This document shows positions 40,320 to 50,644 of a stretch of DNA of 64,000 nucleotides, piece after piece (positions within the stretch are counted from its first letter, which is position 1; every line of letters starts with the position of its first letter). The notes below the pieces were generated by a model. It did no database searches, was not told where the DNA came from, and saw only the letters and a program-made list of their open reading frames with translations. Source of the DNA: Candidatus Limnocylindrales bacterium (GTDB taxonomy: Bacteria; Moduliflexota; Moduliflexia; Moduliflexales; JAUQPW01); the NCBI GenBank assembly GCA_035559535.1, contig DATMBG010000051.1, positions 1 to 64,000 on the forward strand, given 5' to 3'. The position numbers were made by a program, and so were the translations under genes.

Positions 40320-40641
40320 ATAGTACAAAAGTCTTAGTTGGCAATAAAGAGATCATTAAATGAATGTTTGAGATCCTTTACCCATTAATTGTGAAATTAT
40401 CCTACCTTTCTATAAAGAAGCATCCAAAACTTCGAAGGATCCAAAAGAGGGTAGTATTTTTCCATTCATCCTGAAAAATTGCCTGAATAGATACCGTAAT
40501 TAATTTTATTGAATTTACAGTGAAAATATTGTTATCTTACTGCTAGCCAGATTGTTTAATAAACAAGTCGCTACTACCTCTTTAGGAGGAATAGCTCCTA
40601 CATAAGGAAAATTCTACATAATTAGGAAGGAATATCCATAG

Positions 40642-41535
40642 ATGAGTGAAATCTCTTCTACATGGCAAATAGAAGGACAGGCGGTACCTGTATCCCATTT
40701 GGACAAACCTTTCTGGCCCGAAGAGGGTCTAACTAAAGGGGATATGTTGCAGTATTATCTGGACGTAGCCCCTGTAATGCTTCCTTATTTCAAGAATAGA
40801 CCCGTTACGTTGCGGGTCTTTCCCGATGGTATCCACGGGTTCTCTTATTACCAACGAGACTTGCCTGAAAAGGCTCCAGAGTGGTTTCGTAGCATAAAGT
40901 ATCGCCCTAAAACAGCTAAGCACGTCATCCAACTACCCCTGGTAGATAATACAGCAGGATTGATTTGGTTGGCCAATTTGGGTAGTATTGAGTTCCACTT
41001 ATGGGGATCCCGAGGGCCTGACCTTGCACAACCGGATATGGTGATTTTGGATTTGGATCCCGGAGAAGAGGCCAGTTTTGCAGACGTTTTGCAGGCAGCC
41101 CTGCGGCTCCGAGATACTTTAGACCGAATGGGATTAAAGAGCTATCCCAAAACCAGTGGAGGAAGAGGTCTCCATGTCTACCTCCCTTTAGCCTCTGGGT
41201 ATTCCTTTGAAGCCGTACGTAGCTGGGTAAAAAAACTCGCCAGGCAGCTTGCTACTGCGTATCCGGATCTTATCACCATAGCCCATGGAGCTACTCATCA
41301 GGGTCGACAGGTTACTATTGATTATGCCCAGAATAGTATAGGCCGTAATACGGCTGCGCCTTATACCTTGAGGGCCCATCCGGGTGCACCTGTTTCCACA
41401 CCCTTAACCTGGAAAGAGGTAGAAGAGGGCCGGTTAGCCCCCTCAGATTTCACCTTGAAAAGTATCCCTCGGCGCTTGCAAAGGGTTCAGGATCTATTCG
41501 CACCGGTACTATGTGGAGGCCAATTCCTTCCCTGA
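40642..41535 (+). CDS. Stand-alone LigD polymerase/primase (AEP) domain protein
   Basis: LTKGDMLQYY, RVFPDGI, IEFHLW, ILDLDPG, KTSGGRGLHV, IDYAQN..AAPYTLRA. Confidence 0.9.
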   Translation: MSEISSTWQIEGQAVPVSHLDKPFWPEEGLTKGDMLQYYLDVAPVMLPYFKNRPVTLRVFPDGIHGFSYYQRDLPEKAPEWFRSIKYRPKTAKHVIQLPLVDNTAGLIWLANLGSIEFHLWGSRGPDLAQPDMVILDLDPGEEASFADVLQAALRLRDTLDRMGLKSYPKTSGGRGLHVYLPLASGYSFEAVRSWVKKLARQLATAYPDLITIAHGATHQGRQVTIDYAQNSIGRNTAAPYTLRAHPGAPVSTPLTWKEVEEGRLAPSDFTLKSIPRRLQRVQDLFAPVLCGGQFLP

Positions 41536-41754
41536 AGGGAACTCTAGCCCTTTAGGAAGGCGCTTCAGTTAAAAAACTATCTCTAATCTGGATCGAAGTT
41601 GGGAAGGAGAGTATCCCTGCGAGTAGCAATACGAGCCGGGATCCAGAACCAAGCAGTAGAAGTGATGCAATCTGCTTTTTATGCTTCTATTTTAGCTTGG
41701 CGAATGGGTATAAGACGACAAGCCCATGACTTTTAGTTTCAAAGGGGTGAGACC

Positions 41755-42423
41755 ATGTTATTCCAAAATCGAGAACAGGCTGCCCGCTTGCTGGCAGAGA
41801 AACTGATTAAGTACAAAGGGCAAAACCCTCTAGTACTGGCCATTCCGAGAGGTGCTGTGCCAATGGGTAAGATTATTGCGGACGCCCTGGATGGTGAACT
41901 CGATGTGGTATTGGTGCGAAAGCTAAGGGCCCCAAACCAGCCCGAGTTGGCCATCGGTTCCATAGATGAGACAGGCCATGTCTATCTGGGAGAATATGCT
42001 CGCGTTCTCAGGATTCCTGAGGAATATCTGGAGGCAGAAAAACAAAAACAACTGGAAACTCTACGTAAGCGCCGTAGTCTGTATACGCCTGTACATCCAC
42101 CCATTGATCCGGCTCATCGTATTGTGATCGTGGTAGATGATGGCATTGCCACCGGATCTACCGTAATCGCTGCATTACGTGCTCTACGGGCTAAAAATCC
42201 TGCCAAACTCATTGTTGCCACCGCAGTAGCTCCTCCTGAAACGCTGCAACGAATCGAAGTAGAGGCCGACGAGGTTGTTTGTTTGCAAGCTCCAACCTTT
42301 TTTTATGCCATCGGGGAATTTTTCCAGGACTTCTCACAAGTCTCCGATGAAGAGGTCATAGCTATCCTAAAGCAAAGTAGAGCCAGATTCGAATCGGGAG
42401 AATCCCCAGGGACAGGGAAATAA
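41755..42423 (+). CDS. Phosphoribosyltransferase family protein
   Basis: LAIPRGAV, VRKLRAP..PELAIG, VIVVDDGIATGST PRPP motif. Confidence 0.9.
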   Translation: MLFQNREQAARLLAEKLIKYKGQNPLVLAIPRGAVPMGKIIADALDGELDVVLVRKLRAPNQPELAIGSIDETGHVYLGEYARVLRIPEEYLEAEKQKQLETLRKRRSLYTPVHPPIDPAHRIVIVVDDGIATGSTVIAALRALRAKNPAKLIVATAVAPPETLQRIEVEADEVVCLQAPTFFYAIGEFFQDFSQVSDEEVIAILKQSRARFESGESPGTGK

Positions 42424-42489
42424 TAAATAAAAGGATTACACCAGGAAGGATTTGCTAAAGGGTCTTCTTTAAGAAATTTTTTTAATCCC

Positions 42490-42518
42490 TTGACTTTCCC
42501 CAGGGGATGTATTATAAC
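42490..42518 (+). promoter_or_regulatory. Sigma70-like promoter of the methyltransferase/GT-C operon
   Basis: ttgact-17 nt-tataac, ATG only 10 nt downstream. Confidence 0.55.
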
Positions 42519-42528
42519 GATCCCCAAT

Positions 42529-43227
42529 ATGGAAGCCAGTCTGGAAATTCAAAACCGTCTAGCTAAAGCAGAAAATTATAACACCTGGATTTATGAAAAC
42601 ATCGCCCCTTTCTTGGGGAACAGAATCCTGGAAGTAGGCTGTGCAATCGGTAATTTAACCCAATTTTTTTTAGATCGGGAGTGGGTCACCAGCCTGGATA
42701 TTTCAGAAAAGTATTGTGATTATGTTCAAAGAAAGTTCGGAGATCGCAAGAACTTTGAAGTAATCTGCTGTGATGGGGCCAGCGAAGAAATGTTAAACTT
42801 ACGCCCTCGCCATTTTGATACGGTGGTTTGTTTGAATGTGCTCGAGCATATAGAAGCAGATCAGAAAGCCCTCCGAAATATGTTTGAGGTCTTAATTCCA
42901 GGGGGAAAGCTTGTTCTATTAGTTCCAGCGTTTCAAGCCCTATACGGAAGCATGGATGCAGCCGATCATCACTTTAGGCGATATGGAAAGAAAGAACTTT
43001 GTCATAAACTTCAGCAAGCCGGTTTTCGGATTCAAAAAATCTTTTATATGAACGCCCCTGGGATCTTAGGCTGGTATATCAACGGGAAAATCTTGAAACG
43101 ACAGATAATTCCGGAAAAACAACTCCTTTCTTATAATAAAATCATTCCGGTCATCAAAAAAATTGAAAGAATTTTTCCTCCACCCTTGGGACAATCTCTC
43201 ATCGCTATTGCGGAGAAACTTCAATGA
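42529..43227 (+). CDS. Class I SAM-dependent methyltransferase
   Basis: ILEVGCAIG, FDTVVCLNVLEHI, LIPGGKLVLLVPA, HHFRRY. Confidence 0.9.
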   Translation: MEASLEIQNRLAKAENYNTWIYENIAPFLGNRILEVGCAIGNLTQFFLDREWVTSLDISEKYCDYVQRKFGDRKNFEVICCDGASEEMLNLRPRHFDTVVCLNVLEHIEADQKALRNMFEVLIPGGKLVLLVPAFQALYGSMDAADHHFRRYGKKELCHKLQQAGFRIQKIFYMNAPGILGWYINGKILKRQIIPEKQLLSYNKIIPVIKKIERIFPPPLGQSLIAIAEKLQ

Positions 43228-45679
43228 AAAGCCCAGGTGTCAGAAATCGGGAATTCAGAGGCTAGAGACCCTGGGGTCTCTAATTTCTGGCTTTCGGCTT
43301 CTGACTTCCAAAGATATCCTCGTCTTGTTAATCCTTGGAGGGATCGTCCTCGGATTCTTCCATTCCCTGATCTTTTTAGATCAACTCCCCAGTTTCCGGG
43401 ATATGTATATGTTTGCTTATCCCATGAAAGTTTTCGCATCCTACTCCATCCAAAAGGGACTCATTCCTTTATGGGACCCCTATAGTGGGGTAGGAACTCC
43501 CTTTTATGCTAACCTGCAATCGGAGATATTCTACCCACCGAATTTTCTATTTTATCTCTTTCCGACTCAAACGGCCCTAAAGTTCTTTATTGTCCTGCAT
43601 TTTTTCTTTGGGGGGGTGTTTACCTATCTTTTTTCCCGCGAACTGGGTTTATCTCGGTTCCCGGCTCTCTTTTCGGCTATTGGTTTCAGCTTAAGTGGAA
43701 GCCTGATCTCTATCATCGATACCACTTCGGCCCTTTGTGCCACGATCTGGTTACCCCTGGTCCTTTTCTTGAGCCACCGCCTGTTAAAATCTCTTGAACT
43801 GAAGTGGATGCTTCTTACAGGTTTTACCCTTGCCCTCCAATTCCTGGCCGGATTTCCTGAAGTTTTTATTCTAACTTTACTTTCCATGGGAATGATGATC
43901 CTCCTTCTGAAGAAAGGGAAAAAAGGGGAGAGGGGATTGGCGGGCGTCGTTTGTTTTTTATCTATTATCCTTGCTCTAAGCCTGGTCATGGGTCAGCTTC
44001 TTCCATTTTTGGAATTCATAGGATTATCCACCCGGAGTAAAGGGCTTACATACGATGCAGCGGTCCAGGGAGCCCTCCATCCGGGTCATTTGATTAAACT
44101 TTTTATTCCTGACTTTTACGGAAACCCTATGGAGATCAGGCCCACGCCGATCCCGGAAGGCTGGCTTAAAGGTATCTACTTCGGATTAATGCCCCTTATC
44201 CTGGCAATTTTAGCTACTTTTCGTTTAAACCGTGAAAAAACCCTGCTGATCCTTTTAAGTGGGATGGCCATCCTTTTTTCTCTGGGAGATCACTTTTTCC
44301 TTTATCGCTTTCTTTTTCCCTTAGGGTTAAGGATTGTTCGATTTCCTTCCAAGTTCTTTATCCTGGTTACCTTTACCTTGCCTATTTTATCAGGATATGG
44401 CCTCGAGGAAATTCAGACCCTTGTAAATAACCGAAGAAACCCGAATCACTCTGAAAAGGAGCGTCGTCGGATGACTTTATTCTTAACTATTCTCATGGTA
44501 ACCGGAACCCTGGGTGTACTTGTCTGGATAAAGCTGGGTCTGACCTGGATTCCCAAACTCTATGCCTGGAACAACTCCTTCAGGCCGGAGTGGGCTCAAA
44601 CTTTTTTCTCAAACTCCCTTCTCCCATCCTTTCGATCTCTGACGATTCTTCTCACAAGTTGTGGAATTCTTTTGCTGGTTCTCTACCAGAAATTACCCCC
44701 GGCCTTTTTTAAAGGGCTGGTTCTGATTCTGGTGGTATCGGATCTTTTTGTTCATAACTTCAAGCTTATGCCTGTAGTCAGCAGCCATGCCTTTGAATTT
44801 CCAACCCGAACGGTTAGCTTTTTAAAAGCAGAATTAAATTCAGAAGGATGTAGTGATGAACTTTCTGGATGTGTTTCCCCCTTCCGGGTTTATTCAACTC
44901 CTCTTACCCAACAAGGAGCACAATTTTTGCTTGCATCCCATAGGTATGATGAACAGACGATCCTGACCGCTACCGATTTATTAATTCCCAACATCGGTTT
45001 GATTTTTCAGATTCCCAATGCTCTGACTAAAGGTTCTGTGGAGTTAGCTTCTTATGAACGCTATCATAACAAATTGGAATCCCTTTGGAGATCCGGGTAC
45101 CAAAAGGATACCTCTCCTTCGAAGGAAGCAACTTATGAAGCCCTTCTGGATAGACTCAATGTTAAATATGTTGTTTCGGTTATTCCCTTAGGTCCGCAGG
45201 AATTTGACCTGGTCCAGGAAGGTCCTGTTAAGATTTTTCAGAATAAAACCTTTCTTCCGCGAGCTTATAGGATACCGGATAAAGATTTGTTCAAGGCTCC
45301 AGAAATCCCCGCTGATCAGGTAGTCCCGGTAAAAATTGAACAGACAACGCCCCATGATATAAAGATTGAACTCTCGGAAGAAGGAGGTTCATGGTTGGTG
45401 CTGGCCAACCAGTATTATCCAGGATGGAAGGCTTATGGAGATGGCAGGGAAATGATGATCCAGGCAGTGGATGATCTGTTTATGGGACTTGAATTACCTC
45501 CCGGTATCCGGCACATCGAGTTTAAATATCAACCCAGTTCTTTTAAGATCGGATTATTTGTAAGCTTGTGGACTTCCCTGGTTATTCTGTCCGTAGTCTG
45601 TCATGGATTGTTCGTAGTAATCCGCAACCTTCAACCGGTAATGAACAATAAATGTCAGACAACGTATAATGGGTCATAA
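43163..45679 (+). CDS. YfhO-like GT-C membrane glycosyltransferase (start uncertain)
   Basis: IPLWDPYSGVGTPFYAN..FYPPN, many TMs, RFPSKF, C-terminal YYPGWKAYGDG..LELPPG..IEFKY. Confidence 0.85.
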   Translation: MKEFFLHPWDNLSSLLRRNFNEKPRCQKSGIQRLETLGSLISGFRLLTSKDILVLLILGGIVLGFFHSLIFLDQLPSFRDMYMFAYPMKVFASYSIQKGLIPLWDPYSGVGTPFYANLQSEIFYPPNFLFYLFPTQTALKFFIVLHFFFGGVFTYLFSRELGLSRFPALFSAIGFSLSGSLISIIDTTSALCATIWLPLVLFLSHRLLKSLELKWMLLTGFTLALQFLAGFPEVFILTLLSMGMMILLLKKGKKGERGLAGVVCFLSIILALSLVMGQLLPFLEFIGLSTRSKGLTYDAAVQGALHPGHLIKLFIPDFYGNPMEIRPTPIPEGWLKGIYFGLMPLILAILATFRLNREKTLLILLSGMAILFSLGDHFFLYRFLFPLGLRIVRFPSKFFILVTFTLPILSGYGLEEIQTLVNNRRNPNHSEKERRRMTLFLTILMVTGTLGVLVWIKLGLTWIPKLYAWNNSFRPEWAQTFFSNSLLPSFRSLTILLTSCGILLLVLYQKLPPAFFKGLVLILVVSDLFVHNFKLMPVVSSHAFEFPTRTVSFLKAELNSEGCSDELSGCVSPFRVYSTPLTQQGAQFLLASHRYDEQTILTATDLLIPNIGLIFQIPNALTKGSVELASYERYHNKLESLWRSGYQKDTSPSKEATYEALLDRLNVKYVVSVIPLGPQEFDLVQEGPVKIFQNKTFLPRAYRIPDKDLFKAPEIPADQVVPVKIEQTTPHDIKIELSEEGGSWLVLANQYYPGWKAYGDGREMMIQAVDDLFMGLELPPGIRHIEFKYQPSSFKIGLFVSLWTSLVILSVVCHGLFVVIRNLQPVMNNKCQTTYNGS

Positions 45680-47576
45680 ACAGTTGATAATAAACCAAGA
45701 ATCCCAAGAATCACAAACTCTTACCACCCCCTTTATTTTAGGTTTTTATTTGGGATTGACCCTCCTTTTGACCTATCCCTTGATAAGGTATTTTTCAACG
45801 GCTTTCCCCGGCGACCAACCCGATCTCTATAAACATGTCTGGAATTTATGGTGGATAAAGAAAGCTTTACTGGAGCTTCAGACCCATCCGTTTTTTTCCA
45901 ATTATATCTTCTATCCCCTGGGAGCTCCCCGGGTATTCGATACTTCTCCCTTGGTGTCCTCTCTACTTTCAATCCCCCTTCAGCTTGTTTTTGGCCTGGT
46001 TATAACCTATAATCTCCTCCTTACCCTCTCCTTTATCCTTTCTGCCTATGGAACCTATCTTTTGATCCATTATCTTACTTCTAATTCCTACGCAGCCTTG
46101 GTAGGCGGAATGATATTTGCTTTTTGCCCTTATCGGCTTGCTCATCTTAGAGGACATTTTGACTTGATGTTTACAGAAGGAATCCCCTTCTATGTACTTT
46201 ATCTCTTCAAAACGGTTGATGCAACTTCCGAGAAATCCAGCCCTACAAGTTCAAAACCCGGCTCAGACGTATCCGGAGAACGCTCTGCTTTTTTGGCCGG
46301 ACTTTTTTTTCTACTGACGGCCCTCCAATCCGGTTATTACGCAGTTTATCTTGGAATTTTTACTTTGACTTACCTTGTCTTTTTACTTTTTCAAAATAAA
46401 AAGAAACTCTTCACAAACCCGAATCAAAATGCCTTATCCACTTCCTGGACCAGAGCTTCCCCTCTACCCTGGAAAAGTTTGGGAATCATCCTTCTCATCT
46501 TAGGGATAGGACTTTCTCCCAAGTTATATATAATCTTTAAAGCGGTTTGGACGGGTCAGGTGGTTTTAACAAAGGGATGGGGAGATATCTTTAATAAATC
46601 TGCCGACCTTATGAGCTTTTTCTATCCCAGTCCCCATCATTGGTTATGGCGAGAATCTGAAAGATATGTTTATCTCATTACCGAAATGTTTCGAGGAAGT
46701 GATCTGGAAGCAGATGTGTTTATCGGCTATACCGTTTTAATTCTCGCCGGCTATGCTATTTTCAGCCAGTATAAAATTAATCCCGGGGTTAAATTTTGGA
46801 CACTCGTAGCACTTATTAATTTTAGCCTCGCCCTAGGACCTTTCTTACAAATCCATGGATATCTGTTCCGAAAGGTTTATGGCTATCCCCTTTTGTACCT
46901 TCCTTATAACTTAATTCACCAGATTCCTATCCTGGGAGAAACCAGATATCCTGCCCGATTTGCCGTTATGGTCATGTTAGCCATGGCAGTTCTGGCGGCC
47001 TATACCTGTGTCCACATTTTTTCTAGACTCCCCACCCGGAAGGCCATTCTGGTCCAAACCTTCGTCCTGGTACTCTTGATCCTTTTGGAGTATGCGTCTA
47101 TTCCCTTTCCCCTTACCAGCAGCCGGGTTCCTCCCGTGTATGAGGAGTTACGTAAGGACCCCGAAGATTTTACAGTTATGGAAATTCCTTTTAGCTGGAG
47201 TGATGAGCGGACCCGTTGGGGTTCTTCGAAAAAGGATTTTCAATACTTTCAGACAATCCATGAGAAAAAGATTCTGAACGGGCATGCAACCTGGGTTTCT
47301 TCTGGCTTCCTGGATTTTTATGAGAGCTTGCCGGTCCTGTCGACCCTCTTTAAACTTCAAACGGGTAAAGTCCAGGACCTCGAGGAAGCCGATCTTCTCC
47401 AGGATCGTGAGAAAGCCCAGAAGGTTATGGATTCCCTTCACATCAAATATATTCTTCTTCATCGCTCCACCCAGGCCTTTGAACCGATCCAGAATTATCT
47501 GATGAAGGTTCTAAAGTTTAAGAAGATAGATATAAAAGACGAGATGGTGATTTATACCCTTAACCATGAAAAGTAA
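45669..47576 (+). CDS. GT-C-type polytopic membrane protein (YfhO/AftD-like)
   Basis: WNLWW..FYPLG, FAFCPYRLAH, SADLMSFF, RYPARF, QYFQTIHEKKILNG. Confidence 0.7.
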   Translation: MGHKQLIINQESQESQTLTTPFILGFYLGLTLLLTYPLIRYFSTAFPGDQPDLYKHVWNLWWIKKALLELQTHPFFSNYIFYPLGAPRVFDTSPLVSSLLSIPLQLVFGLVITYNLLLTLSFILSAYGTYLLIHYLTSNSYAALVGGMIFAFCPYRLAHLRGHFDLMFTEGIPFYVLYLFKTVDATSEKSSPTSSKPGSDVSGERSAFLAGLFFLLTALQSGYYAVYLGIFTLTYLVFLLFQNKKKLFTNPNQNALSTSWTRASPLPWKSLGIILLILGIGLSPKLYIIFKAVWTGQVVLTKGWGDIFNKSADLMSFFYPSPHHWLWRESERYVYLITEMFRGSDLEADVFIGYTVLILAGYAIFSQYKINPGVKFWTLVALINFSLALGPFLQIHGYLFRKVYGYPLLYLPYNLIHQIPILGETRYPARFAVMVMLAMAVLAAYTCVHIFSRLPTRKAILVQTFVLVLLILLEYASIPFPLTSSRVPPVYEELRKDPEDFTVMEIPFSWSDERTRWGSSKKDFQYFQTIHEKKILNGHATWVSSGFLDFYESLPVLSTLFKLQTGKVQDLEEADLLQDREKAQKVMDSLHIKYILLHRSTQAFEPIQNYLMKVLKFKKIDIKDEMVIYTLNHEK

Positions 47577-49236
47577 AAGCCTTCTAATTCTTCTGCTTCT
47601 GTATTCTTATTTACTCTTTTTCCAGATCCATCCCAGTCTGGTTAATCCCGATGGAATCGGCTATTATGCCTATGTCCGGTCTTTGTTCTTAGATAGAGAC
47701 TTAAATTTTTTAAACGAGTTTAAAGCGCTGGATATACTCCCTCCCTTCGTATATCGAACCTCAACCGGTTTAGTTGGCAACCAGTATCCCATTGGCTCTT
47801 CGATCCTGTGGGCTCCCTTTTTTTTAATAGGTCATTTATATACCCGACTCAGTCCTTATCTTTATCCTTCCTCTCCAAACGCAGATGGTTATTCGGTTTT
47901 TTATTTTATTTTTATCGCCGTAGGGACGAGCTTTTACGGCATTTTAGGTCTTTTCTTAGTGTATGAAATAGGAAAACATCTGTTCTCTCCCAAAGCGGTG
48001 CTATCGGCTATTTTACTCATTACTTTTGGAACCCCCTTTTTTTATTACCTGGTTATTCAGCCAACGTTAGCCCATATTAACTCTTTTTTTACCCTTTCCC
48101 TTTTCCTCTACATTTGGTTTTTCACCCGAAATCAAAGAACTTTAGGGCAGTGGATGCTTTTAGGATTGCTAGCCGGACTCATGGGTCTCGTTCGAACTCA
48201 AAACCTTCTTTTTATCCTCTTACCGGTTCTTGAGTTGGCAGTATATTCCCCAGCTCTTCCATCTTTATGTCTCCAGGTTACCGTTTTCCTGAGTTCTCTG
48301 TTATTTGCCCTGGTTCCCCAGATGCTTGCCTGGAAGATACTCTACGGAACCCTGTTTTCTCCTATCCATGGTACAATGAATGTAAGTTTTCAAGACTGGC
48401 ATTTATGGGAACTTCTCTTTTCCTCTTTCCACGGTCTCTTTTTTTATTCTCCCCTCCTTTTGAGCACTCTACCCGGTTTTTACCTTTTAACTAAGAGGGA
48501 TTTTTTACTGGGTACGGCTTCGGGGGCTTTCCTCTTACTTCAAACCTTTTTGAATAGCTGGGCTTTGTACTGGTGGGGTGGATATGCTTTTGGTTCTCGT
48601 TTTTTCGTGGATTATACTTTTCTTTTTGTCTTATCTCTGGCGGGAGTTATTCACCAACTTGAGGGAAAAAGTAACAGGCCAATCCTTGCAGATAAGGAGT
48701 TGCAGACAGAGAGTTCCAGACAACGACCCATGGGCTATCTTTTGGCGACTACTTACTGCTTGCTGATCCTGCTCGGTCTCTGGAATTTCCTCCTTTTGAT
48801 CCAAACTTTGTTACAAAGACAGGATTTAAATCATTACATCCCCCTTCCGGTTTTACTTCAAGGACAACTCTGGGCCTTAAAGAATTTTATTCCGTCCCTT
48901 ATCCAGATCCTCTTTTTACCGAAATTACGGGGGTATGTATTGTTGCGCCTTGCCCCGGTATTTCTGATGGTTACTTTTATTCTTGGAACAATCGGCTGGC
49001 TACTGAGACGTGTTTATCAACACCCACCCATGGCCCAGGGTGAACAACGAACCAGGGTTATAAATATTTTTCTGATCTGCTATTTGTTAAGCTTCATCAT
49101 CGTATTGTCTTTCGCCTCTGTGAATCCGAATCTGCCGACAAGTAAAACCGAAATAAGTGAGACCGTAGAGGATTTTAAAGCTTTTTTACGACTCCAATCC
49201 AAAACAATCTATGAAGAGTATCTACGAAACAGATAA
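47566..49236 (+). CDS. GT-C/GT39-like membrane glycosyltransferase
   Basis: DGIGYYAYVRSLFLDRDLNF, YPIGSSILWAPF, HGLFFYSP, WWGGYAFGSRF. Confidence 0.7.
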   Translation: MKSKSLLILLLLYSYLLFFQIHPSLVNPDGIGYYAYVRSLFLDRDLNFLNEFKALDILPPFVYRTSTGLVGNQYPIGSSILWAPFFLIGHLYTRLSPYLYPSSPNADGYSVFYFIFIAVGTSFYGILGLFLVYEIGKHLFSPKAVLSAILLITFGTPFFYYLVIQPTLAHINSFFTLSLFLYIWFFTRNQRTLGQWMLLGLLAGLMGLVRTQNLLFILLPVLELAVYSPALPSLCLQVTVFLSSLLFALVPQMLAWKILYGTLFSPIHGTMNVSFQDWHLWELLFSSFHGLFFYSPLLLSTLPGFYLLTKRDFLLGTASGAFLLLQTFLNSWALYWWGGYAFGSRFFVDYTFLFVLSLAGVIHQLEGKSNRPILADKELQTESSRQRPMGYLLATTYCLLILLGLWNFLLLIQTLLQRQDLNHYIPLPVLLQGQLWALKNFIPSLIQILFLPKLRGYVLLRLAPVFLMVTFILGTIGWLLRRVYQHPPMAQGEQRTRVINIFLICYLLSFIIVLSFASVNPNLPTSKTEISETVEDFKAFLRLQSKTIYEEYLRNR

Positions 49237-49432
49237 ATCTCTCAAGCCCTTATCCCTTTCCCTCTGCCGGGGTTTCGAGGGAAGGATAAGAAGAGAAGAC
49301 TTTAATATCCTGTTCTCTCCTTTACAGGGGTAAGTTTTTTGTGATATATTGAGCGGAGGTTCCTCACCCTTTGTTCTGAGTTTATCCAATGCGATCCTTT
49401 GCCGGGGGAGAAAAGATGATCCTTAGAATTAT

Positions 49433-49532
49433 GTAGGGGCATACAGCCGTATGCCCCTACATAACCCCAAGGGTTCAAGACGAGCGAAGTACGGTTCCTT
49501 ACAAGTAGGGGCATACGGCCGTATGCCCCTAC
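49433..49532 (+). repeat. Pair of near-identical 28-bp GTAG REP palindromes 44 nt apart
   Basis: gtaggggcatacagccgtatgcccctac (49433-49460), gtaggggcatacggccgtatgcccctac (49505-49532). Confidence 0.85.
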
Positions 49533-49585
49533 TCCTCCGGCGTGGGGGAGGGGTTAGGGGTAAGGGAAGGCGCGTAATCTACTTT

Positions 49586-50500
49586 TCAGGTTTTAAAAAA
49601 GGCAACGGTCTGGGCCAGCCCCTCATCTAAGTTCACCCGGGGGGCCCATCCCAGAACCTCTTTAGCTTTCCTGGCATCCAGAACACTTCGTTTCTGCTCT
49701 CCTTCCTTGGCTGGGCCGTGAATTTTTTTTACCTTCGCCTGGGTCAGCTCAACCAGACGATCAAATAACTGGTTAACAGAAACTTCCCGACCGGTTCCGA
49801 TATTGTAGCATCCAATGATATCTTTGGAGAGGGCCAGCAAATTGGCTTGGGCTACATCTTTTACAAAAACAAAATCCCTGGTTTGTTCACCGTCCCCATT
49901 GATAATGGGTTGTTCATTCCTTAACATTTTCTGGGTAAAGATTGCAACGACCCCTGCTTCCCCATGGGGATCCTGGCGGGGACCGTAAACATTGGCATAT
50001 CGCAGGGATACATATTTGAGTCCGTAGGTGGTGTAATAAAAATAAAGGTATTTTTCTCCACCCAGCTTTCCAATTCCATAGGGGGAGAGAGGGTTTGTTG
50101 GGTGATCTTCAGGGGCCGGAAACTTTTCCTGTTCTCCGTAAATGGCCCCTCCCGTGGAGGCAAAGATTATTTTTTGAACCCCCGATTTGACGGCTGCCTG
50201 CAGGACATTAAGGGTTCCCAAAATATTAACCTCCGCATCATAGATCGGATTACTGACCGATTTTCGCACATCCATCTGAGCGGCATGATGATCCACTACG
50301 GCCGGTTGCTCATCCTGGAAGATTTTATAGAGCTCATCACTCCGGATATCTATTTGATAAAATTTTGCCTGGGGATTAAGGTTTTGGCGTTTTCCGGTAA
50401 CCAGGTTGTCCACGACTACCACTTCATGTCCTGCCGACAAAAAGGTATCTACAACATGGGAGCCGATAAACCCGGCTCCGCCGGTGACCAGGATTTTCAT
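49586..50500 (-). CDS. NAD-dependent epimerase (UDP-glucose 4-epimerase-like)
   Basis: TGGAGFIG, STGGAIYG, YGIGK, RYANVYGPRQ..GEAGVV. Confidence 0.9.
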   Translation of the reverse strand: MKILVTGGAGFIGSHVVDTFLSAGHEVVVVDNLVTGKRQNLNPQAKFYQIDIRSDELYKIFQDEQPAVVDHHAAQMDVRKSVSNPIYDAEVNILGTLNVLQAAVKSGVQKIIFASTGGAIYGEQEKFPAPEDHPTNPLSPYGIGKLGGEKYLYFYYTTYGLKYVSLRYANVYGPRQDPHGEAGVVAIFTQKMLRNEQPIINGDGEQTRDFVFVKDVAQANLLALSKDIIGCYNIGTGREVSVNQLFDRLVELTQAKVKKIHGPAKEGEQKRSVLDARKAKEVLGWAPRVNLDEGLAQTVAFFKT

Positions 50501-50644
50501 AATGACAGAAGTCACAAGTCAGAGGCCAAAAGCTGAACGGTTTTCTGATTCCTGACTTCTGACCTCTGTTTAAATGTTTTTCAACATATTGAAATAATCA
50601 GCAAAGGGCAAGGGATATTCACCCGGATATCAAACCTCTTGCTG

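Noticed and set aside
49433-49532. Two 28-bp repeats with a 44-nt spacer resembling a mini-CRISPR
   Set aside because: Only two units, both fully palindromic GTAG REPs of a family dispersed across the window; no cas genes
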